A DNA stretch of 15,736 nt from a virus, in the IMG/VR virus record IMGVR_UViG_3300020050_008090; one strand, written 5' to 3'. The notes beneath the pieces were generated by a model, which saw only the letters and a program-made list of their open reading frames with translations, did not search any database and was not told the DNA's origin. Both the position numbers and the translations under genes were made by a program. Every line of letters starts with the position of its first letter. Position 1 is the stretch's first letter. Shown one piece after another: positions 1-6,573 of this stretch.

Positions 1-37
1 TTGAAAATGGATTTCAAAATCAAAAAGAGAGTTGATA

Positions 38-166
38 AGAATTATAACTGCAATATCCGTTTACAAACATTCCTATCTTTTAGATGTGAAAGTTCGAGTC
101 TTTCTACTATATTTATATAGTATGGTGAAATGGTAGACACGGGAATCAAAACAACAATATAATTCT
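38..166 (+). ncRNA. 9-bp flanking helix enclosing the permuted tRNA
   Basis: AGAATTATA (38-46) is the exact reverse complement of TATAATTCT (158-166). Confidence 0.5.
69..146 (+). tRNA. Putative circularly permuted tRNA (class II, Leu-like): 3' half (69-112) precedes 5' half (116-146)
   Basis: 3' half: anticodon 3' strand ATTCC (69-73), variable arm TATCTTTTAGATGT (ATCT/AGAT), T arm GAAAG-TTCGAGT-CTTTC (88-104), acceptor 3' strand TACTATA (105-111). 5' half: acceptor TATAGTA (116-122), TG, D arm GTG-AAATGGTAGA-CAC (125-140), G26, anticodon 5' strand GGAAT (142-146). TATAGTA/TACTATA pair 7/7 and GGAAT/ATTCC pair 5/5. Mature anticodon loop not resolved. Confidence 0.6.
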
Positions 167-172
167 GAAAAA

Positions 173-229
173 AAATGACTACAGCAAACTTAAAAAACTT
201 GACTTTAATTCAAACTAAAATAGTCATTT
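173..229 (+). ncRNA. Structured RNA, 9-bp stem
   Basis: AAATGACTA (173-181) pairs perfectly with TAGTCATTT (221-229). Confidence 0.4.
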
Positions 230-260
230 GAAAAAGTTACAGACAGCAAGTTTAAAACTA

Positions 261-307
261 CGACTTTGAAAGATTCGACGAGATGGGTTCAAATCCTATC
301 ACCCTGA
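261..307 (+). ncRNA. tRNA 3'-half-like segment without an obvious 5' half
   Basis: Anticodon-arm-like CGACT-TTGAAAG-ATTCG (4/5 bp), 5-nt variable region, T arm ATGGG-TTCAAAT-CCTAT (283-299), acceptor-like CACCCTG + A (300-307). No CAGGGTG partner found in the window. Confidence 0.35.
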
Positions 308-491
308 AACCGAGGTATTTGGTATGGAATATCGGTTGTAACTTGATAAGATTATTTCAGCAATTTATAAAACTCAAAACTTGTAAATTTGAAAAAACAG
401 TAATCTGATAAGAGCATTAACAGCAATTTAACATAGAACTGCTAAATCTAAACAAACAATGCTCTGTTTATTAATTTATAAAAATTTATAT

Positions 492-764
492 ATGAATTTA
501 GACGACTTAGATGTATTTGGAAACAAAAAGGCTGTAATTATCAGAGATGATGAAAACAGTAATATAGAAATATCTGCTCCGTTTGGATCTATTAATAAGG
601 CTAATTACGGTCTTGCTCTTGATCTAAAACAAAAAAAGGCTGTTGTTATGGCTAAAAAGGTTAATGAATCTGGTGGAGATGAAGTTACAGCATTAGAAAA
701 CTTAGGTAACAGATTATGGGGAGAAATTGATTATTTTGTAAAACTTGAATCAGAATTAGATTAA
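492..764 (+). CDS. Hypothetical protein (MNLDDLDVFGNKKAV...)
   Basis: ORF track 459..764; the ATG at 492 gives the more natural N terminus. Confidence 0.7.
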   Translation: MNLDDLDVFGNKKAVIIRDDENSNIEISAPFGSINKANYGLALDLKQKKAVVMAKKVNESGGDEVTALENLGNRLWGEIDYFVKLESELD

Positions 765-765
765 T

Positions 766-954
766 ATGAAAATAACTTGTCCTGATTGTAAAGGTAAAGG
801 TACTGTTGAAAGATTAGATTTAGGTATTCTTATACCTGATGATACTCCAAACAATGTTGTAAGAGTTCAATGTGATACTTGTCAAGGTTCTGGAAAGATT
901 GATGATCCAACAGAAGATATTACACAATCTAATCTTCCAGAATTCAAATGGTAA
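766..954 (+). CDS. Small DnaJ-type zinc-finger protein
   Basis: Paired CxxCxGxG motifs: CPDCKGKG and CDTCQGSG. Confidence 0.75.
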   Translation: MKITCPDCKGKGTVERLDLGILIPDDTPNNVVRVQCDTCQGSGKIDDPTEDITQSNLPEFKW

Positions 955-1052
955 TTGGAATTATTACTGGATGGTTATTAGGTAGTTTAATATTAACTCT
1001 ATATCGAGATGCTTTACCTCATGTAACAGATTGGATAGAAAATGGAAATTAA
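948..1052 (+). CDS. 34-aa putative membrane peptide
   Basis: ATG 948 ... TAA 1050-1052: MVIGIITGWLLGSLILTLYRDALPHVTDWIENGN; overlaps the upstream ORF. Confidence 0.5.
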   Translation: MVIGIITGWLLGSLILTLYRDALPHVTDWIENGN

Positions 1053-1235
1053 TTTAAGATAAAACAAAGGGCAGGGCACAAAGACACTGAACATTGGTAG
1101 AGGTTGAGGAACTACCATTCTTAAATTATTATCGGTCGTTAAGTTAATACAATAGTCTTGTATTAATACCAATCCTATATCTGTTAACCGAGGATTTAGT
1201 GGGTTGGTTCCTTTGTAACTAAATTTATTAATTAT

Positions 1236-2099
1236 ATGTCAGGTAAATTAAAATTTGTTCTAATTTCATTAGCAGTATTATTTACAGGTTATTTCATGCT
1301 TCGTGCTTTTATGTTTAAATATATTCAACCTAACGAGGTTGGTGTATGGATGACAAGTGGTGGTATGAATGGTGCATCAGATTATCAAGTATGGCAAGGC
1401 CATTTTCCTGTTGATATAAACCCTTTGACAAAAGGTTTTATTCTTCCAGCACAACCTTGGACAGTTGATCTTCCTGCAAGAATTGTTCTTTCTAAAGAAA
1501 ATGGTGAATGGACGGTTGATCCTTCATTTACATATTCTATTGATAGAACTCAAGCACCATTAGTATGTTGGAAATACAATGCTTATATTGCTGCTGGTCA
1601 GGATAAGTTTCTTGAAAATGTTGGCGAACATATCCTTACACCACTTGTTAATAATGTATTCATTGAAATGCTTGGCTCTAACCGAGATACTTTTATGATG
1701 TCAGAAAAAATGGTGGTTGCTAAAATTATTGAAGATTCAATCCGTATTCTATTTAAAAGACACGGATTTATTGTAGATAATTTTGTAAGTGGTATTACTC
1801 CACCAAAAAGTATTCTTGAAACTAACAGGGCAAAGAATGAGGCTTTACAAGCAGTCTATAAAGCAAAGGCAGATGTAGAAAATGCTAATGCTCAAGCACT
1901 TGTAAAAGTAGCAACGGCAAGGGCTGATGCAGAAGCAATGTTAGTTACTGCAAGAGCAGAGTCAGAAGCCGTAAGGTTAAGAACTCAGGTAATTACACCA
2001 TTTACAATTCAACAAGCATGGATTGATAAATGGGATGGAGCATTACCAGTATATAGTACAGGAGGTAATACTTCTATGCTTATGCAAATACCTAAGTAA
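1236..2099 (+). CDS. SPFH/Band-7 (prohibitin/stomatin-like) membrane protein
   Basis: N-terminal TM, 'IQPNEVGVW', and Ala/Glu-rich coiled region 'AKADVENANAQALVKVATARADAEAMLVTARAESEA'. Confidence 0.88.
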   Translation: MSGKLKFVLISLAVLFTGYFMLRAFMFKYIQPNEVGVWMTSGGMNGASDYQVWQGHFPVDINPLTKGFILPAQPWTVDLPARIVLSKENGEWTVDPSFTYSIDRTQAPLVCWKYNAYIAAGQDKFLENVGEHILTPLVNNVFIEMLGSNRDTFMMSEKMVVAKIIEDSIRILFKRHGFIVDNFVSGITPPKSILETNRAKNEALQAVYKAKADVENANAQALVKVATARADAEAMLVTARAESEAVRLRTQVITPFTIQQAWIDKWDGALPVYSTGGNTSMLMQIPK

Positions 2100-2110
2100 A
2101 GAGTACAAAT

Positions 2111-2132
2111 CCTACTATTTAATTATAGTAGG
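2111..2132 (+). promoter_or_regulatory. 8-bp perfect hairpin between the SPFH gene and tRNA-Arg (processing or termination element)
   Basis: CCTACTAT-TTAATT-ATAGTAGG; no downstream U-tract. Confidence 0.5.
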
Positions 2133-2138
2133 TAAAAT

Positions 2139-2212
2139 GGCGCGGTAACTCAATTGGATAGAGTAATTGCCTTCTAAGCAATAGGTTGGAGGATCATACC
2201 CTCTCTGCGTCA
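2139..2212 (+). tRNA. tRNA-Arg(UCU)
   Basis: Acceptor GGCGCGG/CTGCGTC; D arm ACTC/GAGT; anticodon arm ATTGC-CTTCTAA-GCAAT; T stem GGAGG/CCTCT with atypical loop ATCATAC; no encoded CCA. Confidence 0.88.
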
Positions 2213-2437
2213 CTGATAAAAACAATAAGTTCTGCCTTTCAATAATTAGTGTTATTAGGAGTAGTTTATTATATTGCAGCCATGTAATATATTTAAGGAG
2301 TTTTAAGTTAATTACCTGAATATATTGAGCAGTTAAACTGGATTTCAAATGGTATATAATAAGAAGTGTCCCAACAAATAATAAAGGGAATAATACAATC
2401 TGATTCAGCAGGTGTTAATTAAAGAAAGGATAATCAT

Positions 2438-2454
2438 TTGGGTGCAAGTCCCAA
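2438..2454 (+). ncRNA. T-arm-like hairpin in a non-coding gap
   Basis: TTGGG-TGCAAGT-CCCAA, bracketed by CAGG/CCTG; no full cloverleaf found. Confidence 0.3.
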
Positions 2455-2529
2455 CCTGTGTGCAGTTAGTGTATGGTTATTAATAACTGAAAATTACAGA
2501 ACTTATTTTTAATTTTAAAAATCTAAACA

Positions 2530-2928
2530 ATGAATCTCTTATATAACATTAGAAAAACAGAAGAGCATTATAACTTTATTAAAAAGTATTTTACTTTTAA
2601 CACTGAACTTCATAAGTTTCTTATAAGTTCTTCTAAAGTTGTATGTGTTTATGATAATGATACTTTAATAGGATTAAGTACTTATGTAATTAAAGAGAAT
2701 AATTTACATATCTATTATATTATGGTAGATAAAGATTATCGTAATCAAGGATGGGCAAGAACTATACTAAGTAGTATTATAAATAATAATTTACTTGTTA
2801 ATAGTTATACTTGTAATATTAGAGAAAACAATATAGGAAGTATCAATTTATTTAAATCTTTTGGATTTGAACAAATTGGAGAAGAATTATATCAAGATGG
2901 AACACAAAAATTAAAATTCAAGAAATGA
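2530..2928 (+). CDS. GNAT-family N-acetyltransferase
   Basis: 'IYYIMVDKDYRNQGWARTILSSI...NIGSINLFKSFGFEQIGE' is GNAT motif A/B-like. Confidence 0.85.
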   Translation: MNLLYNIRKTEEHYNFIKKYFTFNTELHKFLISSSKVVCVYDNDTLIGLSTYVIKENNLHIYYIMVDKDYRNQGWARTILSSIINNNLLVNSYTCNIRENNIGSINLFKSFGFEQIGEELYQDGTQKLKFKK

Positions 2929-3176
2929 AATCTTACGAAAGAATTATTAAACCAGATGGTACTTCTGTGCCGCACACCAATATTAAAGGATTAAAATTAG
3001 CCATCAAACATAAGAAACTGCAAGATGGTCGATATGTAGGAATCAAGAGAAATGGTAACCATGATACATGGGAGATTATTTCTAAACCGTATGTTCTTAA
3101 AGGTAAGAGGAATTCTTCTAAAGGAACTACTGGTAAAGGTATTACTGTTCTTAATCCAAAAGCACAATTAGTATGA
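2925..3176 (+). CDS. Hypothetical protein
   Basis: 83-aa ORF, ATGA overlap with upstream gene. Confidence 0.65.
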   Translation: MKSYERIIKPDGTSVPHTNIKGLKLAIKHKKLQDGRYVGIKRNGNHDTWEIISKPYVLKGKRNSSKGTTGKGITVLNPKAQLV

Positions 3177-3427
3177 AAAACATATTAGAAGTACCTTATA
3201 CTAAAATTAGATTTAGAATAAATGGCGATGGATACAAAGTTAAATGTTATAGTTTTTGGAAATTTAAATATTATCCTAAACCTAAATTTGGTGATTTTGT
3301 ATTAGATATTCGTGATTATTCTTATGGTCAACATGATGGTGAATTTACAGGAAGAATTGCTGTAAAAAGTGGTTGGGTAACTGAAGGAGTAGAAGTCAAA
3401 TATTGTCGCAAATTAGTAAAGATATGA
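3173..3427 (+). CDS. Hypothetical protein
   Basis: 84-aa ORF, overlaps both neighbours. Confidence 0.65.
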   Translation: MKNILEVPYTKIRFRINGDGYKVKCYSFWKFKYYPKPKFGDFVLDIRDYSYGQHDGEFTGRIAVKSGWVTEGVEVKYCRKLVKI

Positions 3428-3546
3428 CTTTTATTGGAATTATCTGGTCATTTGTAGGAACTATGTTTATTATATGGTTCTTAGGAGAAGTATTAGAATT
3501 TCTTAAAGATTTTATAATTGTTTTTAAAAATTATTTAAAAGAATGA
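3424..3546 (+). CDS. 40-aa membrane peptide, absent from the ORF track
   Basis: MTFIGIIWSFVGTMFIIWFLGEVLEFLKDFIIVFKNYLKE; overlaps ORFs on both sides. Confidence 0.55.
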   Translation: MTFIGIIWSFVGTMFIIWFLGEVLEFLKDFIIVFKNYLKE

Positions 3547-3830
3547 AAAACATATTAATTATTATATTTCTTCTATCTTCATTTATTGGTTATAGTCAAT
3601 CTAAACCAGAACAAAGAATAGAAGATAAGTTTACATTATCTAATTGGAGAGAATTAATAATTCTTACTGAAGATTGTACTGTTATTGCTGGAAGGCAATA
3701 TGATGATCTTACTGGTTATTCATATCCAGTATTTTTATCAGAAGATCAGAATTTTATGTTCTATGTGACTATTGTTGAAGGACACGTCTATACAATAGAC
3801 CTACAAAATTTAGCATCAAATGACGAATAA
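3543..3830 (+). CDS. Putative secreted protein
   Basis: Signal-peptide-like N terminus MKNILIIIFLLSSFIGYSQS. Confidence 0.65.
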   Translation: MKNILIIIFLLSSFIGYSQSKPEQRIEDKFTLSNWRELIILTEDCTVIAGRQYDDLTGYSYPVFLSEDQNFMFYVTIVEGHVYTIDLQNLASNDE

Positions 3831-3838
3831 ATTTTAAT

Positions 3839-3878
3839 AAACAGATAGAGTATTAATTTATTCTATCTGTTTATTTTT
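3839..3878 (+). terminator. Rho-independent terminator
   Basis: 11-bp stem AAACAGATAGA (3839-3849)/TCTATCTGTTT (3862-3872) followed by ATTTTT. Confidence 0.8.
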
Positions 3879-3884
3879 AATCCT

Positions 3885-3955
3885 GCGAGTATCGTTCAGT
3901 GGTAGGATATTGCCTTTCCGAAGCAAAGACCAGATTTCGATTATCTGTACTCGCT
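3885..3955 (+). tRNA. tRNA-Gly with four-base anticodon UCCG (putative CGGN-decoding, +1 frameshift tRNA)
   Basis: GCGAGTA-TC-GTTC-AGTGGTA-GGAT-A-TTGC[CTTTCCGAA]GCAA-AGAC-CAGAT-TTCGATT-ATCTG-TACTCGC-T. Acceptor 7/7, T stem 5/5, U73. The CUUUCCGAA segment folds either as a 9-nt loop on a 4-bp stem or as a 7-nt loop UUUCCGA closed by a C31-A39 mismatch; UCC is followed by G in both. Confidence 0.9.
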
Positions 3956-3958
3956 CAC

Positions 3959-4045
3959 AGACAATACTGTTCAAATCAGGATAATATCTGTGTACAGGGT
4001 ATTAACGTAATTGCAATTACGTCTCATGGATGAGGTTGTCTTTTT
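3959..4045 (+). ncRNA. Multibranched structured RNA with U-tract, directly downstream of tRNA-Gly(UCCG)
   Basis: AGACAA/TTGTCT encloses CTG-TTCAAAT-CAG, a 9-bp stem TAATATCTG/CAG(G)GGTATTA, the 18-nt palindrome ACGTAATTGCAATTACGT (4005-4022) and CTCA-TGGA-TGAG, then TTTTT. Confidence 0.5.
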
Positions 4046-4065
4046 AAAATTTTAAAAGTAGAAAT

Positions 4066-4251
4066 ATGAATTTTGAACAACAATTAATGATTATTTTACA
4101 AAAAGGGATGATAGATGATTGGTGTTGGGATGGTGATGATGAAATTCAAGTAAGTAGTTTTAATTCACAAATTGCATTAGAGCAACTTATTGAATTTTTA
4201 AAAAAAGACAATAATTTTGAACAACTTAAACAATTGATAGATGAAAAATAA
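4066..4251 (+). CDS. Hypothetical protein
   Basis: 61-aa ORF track entry. Confidence 0.6.
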   Translation: MNFEQQLMIILQKGMIDDWCWDGDDEIQVSSFNSQIALEQLIEFLKKDNNFEQLKQLIDEK

Positions 4252-4531
4252 ATTATTTATTTTCCTATTATTCTGTTCTTTTAATATCTTTGCACAGCAA
4301 GGAATGAAAGGAATATATCATAGTAGTAAACCAGTTACAATAGAATCTTTAACTAAAGGTTCTGTAATATTTGATACTTTTGTAGATGGTGGTAATATCT
4401 ACTACAAAAAGAAAAGTAAAAAAGATGGTAGTTCAGAGGACTACTATTATATTATAGTTCAAAAAACAAGAAAATCAGGAGAAAAGTACTTAGGTACTAA
4501 AAGAGTATATCCTGAATTTAATTCAAAATAA
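4241..4531 (+). CDS. Putative secreted protein
   Basis: Signal-peptide-like MKNKLFIFLLFCSFNIFAQQ. Confidence 0.65.
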   Translation: MKNKLFIFLLFCSFNIFAQQGMKGIYHSSKPVTIESLTKGSVIFDTFVDGGNIYYKKKSKKDGSSEDYYYIIVQKTRKSGEKYLGTKRVYPEFNSK

Positions 4532-4878
4532 TGGGGCAGCACACATGGTTTTATAAAGATAAAAATCTTTATAAAGAACATCAATTATTGTGGGAAAGGC
4601 TTGACAACCCTAATCTTTATTTGGATGATCTTGAGATTCTACAAATAGAAAACAGGCTTGATGAAATTGATAGGTTAAATGAAACAGATTATCACGATTG
4701 TTTTAGAACATCTAAAAGAGAATCTTCTAATGGACAATATACTTTAGATGTTATTTATTCCAGACAGGAATGTAAGCAGTGGTTGAAAGATAATTATGAT
4801 ACTATTAGGAATTTAAATCAAGAATGTTTAGATAGGTTTTGGAATGACTTTCCAAACGGAGTAATTGACTTTGGTTAA
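4531..4878 (+). CDS. Hypothetical protein
   Basis: 115-aa ORF, TAATG junction with upstream gene. Confidence 0.7.
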   Translation: MGQHTWFYKDKNLYKEHQLLWERLDNPNLYLDDLEILQIENRLDEIDRLNETDYHDCFRTSKRESSNGQYTLDVIYSRQECKQWLKDNYDTIRNLNQECLDRFWNDFPNGVIDFG

Positions 4879-4896
4879 TAAATAAGAAAAAGTGAA

Positions 4897-4980
4897 ACTG
4901 GTTCTTTTAGAGTTTAATGTTTCCCATACAAACATGGGCTGTCGTAAGATAGTTAGAAATACAAGCCCCAAAAGACCAGT
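4897..4980 (+). ncRNA. Structured non-coding RNA with competing inner helices
   Basis: Outer stem ACTGGTTCTTTT/AAAAGACCAGT (one bulge). Inner CCCAT/ATGGG competes with GGGCT/AGCCC. Confidence 0.45.
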
Positions 4981-5016
4981 CAAGATATTAAGTATGGATA
5001 TATATTGTTAAATTAA

Positions 5017-5096
5017 GAGGTTCAAATCCTCGGCGGAGGGTAACTAATGGCGTAGTAATACTAAATGTACATTACTACTCTCAGCCAAGTAGCAGA
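5017..5096 (+). ncRNA. T-arm-like hairpin followed by a long hairpin
   Basis: GAGG-TTCAAAT-CCTC (5017-5031), then TGGC-GTAGTAAT ... ATTACTAC-(TCTCA)-GCCA. Confidence 0.4.
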
Positions 5097-5163
5097 ATGG
5101 TCTGCTATATTCATACTTTAAAATAAAATTCAAAATTAGTTAAACAGTTTAAATTCAGTAAAA

Positions 5164-5625
5164 ATGACAAATTTACCAAGTCTCTTGAATGTAGTAAGTC
5201 GGGAAGTGCGCACTTCTGAAAAAACAGGTAATCAATATGCTTATCTCCGAGTAAAAGGAGATGATATTGAAACATTTGAACTCCCTGGAGGTCGTGTAGT
5301 TACGGCTAAAAAAGAAGCACGTGAAACAGGTACAATTGCATGGCAACAAAACAATCTTCCAACACCAACTAAAGATTTTGGTTGGGATTTGAAGGCTGGT
5401 GATGTTGCTATGGGCGCTATTGTAACACGTAGTGTCAGCCCATATACTATTCCAGGTAATGAGGAACAAGTAAACACATACTCATGTGTTGTATTTGGGG
5501 ATACTCGCAACACAGAGGAATTTGAAGCCAAAGTGCGTCAAGCGTTTAAAGCAGCAGGACATCCACTTAATACAGTAGTTAATACTCCTGTAGAAGTAGC
5601 AGCAGAGAATCCAATGAAAGGATAA
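5164..5625 (+). CDS. Hypothetical protein (possible ssDNA-binding/OB-fold-like)
   Basis: 153-aa ORF 'MTNLPSLLNVVSREVRTSEKTGNQYAYLRVKG...'; function is a guess. Confidence 0.7.
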   Translation: MTNLPSLLNVVSREVRTSEKTGNQYAYLRVKGDDIETFELPGGRVVTAKKEARETGTIAWQQNNLPTPTKDFGWDLKAGDVAMGAIVTRSVSPYTIPGNEEQVNTYSCVVFGDTRNTEEFEAKVRQAFKAAGHPLNTVVNTPVEVAAENPMKG

Positions 5626-5691
5626 TCATTAGTGTAAATATTGGAAAGTGAGACAATAGTGTTTCACTTTCCATTTTTAAAAATATATAAT

Positions 5692-5901
5692 ATGGAAGAT
5701 TGTAGTGCTTGTAATGGTACAGGACAAACAGAAACAATAGCAGATTATAATTCAAACTGGTATGGGCAGAAGAAAGAAAGTATTAAACAACAATGTTATA
5801 AGTGTGGGGGATCAGGTAAGGCCAGAGCATTTCAAGAATCTTCCAACCAACAACAAATTGCAAATAGACCCAGAAATCTTGATGACGGCATTGAGAAGTA
5901 A
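5692..5901 (+). CDS. Small DnaJ-type zinc-finger protein
   Basis: Start at internal ATG 5692 (track begins 5641); CSACNGTG and CYKCGGSG motifs. Confidence 0.65.
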   Translation: MEDCSACNGTGQTETIADYNSNWYGQKKESIKQQCYKCGGSGKARAFQESSNQQQIANRPRNLDDGIEK

Positions 5902-6010
5902 AACTCATTGGAATGATCCAGATCCATATAATTTAAATTCTCCAGAAGAATGTGCAAGAATATCACATGCTTGGAGTAATGAATATTTAATCTTAAATAA
6001 TTTACTATGA
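5882..6010 (+). CDS. 42-aa hypothetical protein
   Basis: ATG 5882: MTALRSKTHWNDPDPYNLNSPEECARISHAWSNEYLILNNLL; same frame as track ORF 5762..6010. Confidence 0.5.
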   Translation: MTALRSKTHWNDPDPYNLNSPEECARISHAWSNEYLILNNLL

Positions 6011-6519
6011 AAATAACCAGAATAACATTAGCATCTAAATCAGTATTAGATATTCTTGTATTATATTATTCGGATAAACCTGATGATGCTGATTATAAAA
6101 TGACAGTATCATTAAATCCTGCTTATCATTTAACACCAGATATTGAAGAAGAACTTCAATTTAATAATTTAGTAGATGAATTTAATGTTCCTACTAAATT
6201 TGGTATTTGGTTTGCATATAACTGTGGTACTTCTGATGCTGCACCTGCCTTTCAACCGTTTGTAAGAAAACTTACAACTAAAGCAAGGCATACACTAGCA
6301 TTGTTCTGTATTGGTGAATTAGCCAAAGAGCATATTGCTACAAAAAACATTGAAAAGAAAACTATCATTGAAGGATTGTTAAACAACCTTGAACTATTCT
6401 TTACAGGAACTACTATTAAGAGAATTCTTAGTGGAACAGTACCTAAAGAAAAGAGTATTGAAGAGATTGCTGAATCCTATGATAGAGTAATAGAATACAA
6501 TAATAATAAACATAATTAA
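6007..6519 (+). CDS. Hypothetical protein
   Basis: 170-aa ORF, ATGA overlap. Confidence 0.7.
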   Translation: MKITRITLASKSVLDILVLYYSDKPDDADYKMTVSLNPAYHLTPDIEEELQFNNLVDEFNVPTKFGIWFAYNCGTSDAAPAFQPFVRKLTTKARHTLALFCIGELAKEHIATKNIEKKTIIEGLLNNLELFFTGTTIKRILSGTVPKEKSIEEIAESYDRVIEYNNNKHN

Positions 6520-6525
6520 AATATT

Positions 6526-6573
6526 AAACTCAGGTAAGGTCAGTCCTACTTGAGTTTTTATTAGACCTTTTTT
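6526..6573 (+). terminator. 11-bp hairpin plus U-rich tail with loop complementary to downstream sequence (terminator/pseudoknot)
   Basis: AAACTCAGGTA (6526-6536)/TACTTGAGTTT (6547-6557). Loop AGGTC (6537-6541) complements GACCT (6564-6568), followed by TTTTT. Confidence 0.6.

Noticed and set aside
147-260. Permuted group I intron flanking the permuted tRNA
   Set aside because: No canonical U-G splice-site pair with an internal guide sequence, and no convincing P3/P7 core could be found by eye.
2115-2348. Reverse-strand ORF 2115..2348
   Set aside because: Overlaps tRNA-Arg and structured non-coding sequence; the protein has no recognisable features.
5085-5125. Conventional tRNA-Met/Ser starting near 5085 (AGCAGAATGGTCTGCT...TTCATAC)
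   Set aside because: Only a D-arm-like segment is present; no downstream T arm or matching anticodon stem, and GCCA is better paired with upstream TGGC.
5173-5531. Reverse-strand ORFs 5173..5469 and 5241..5531
   Set aside because: Antisense to a well-supported + strand gene (5164..5625); likely spurious.
5641-6010. A further +1 frameshift joining the 5692 zinc-finger ORF to the 5762..6010 frame
   Set aside because: No in-frame CGG at the junction (phase is GAC GGC) and an ATG at 5882 gives a normal small overlapping gene.
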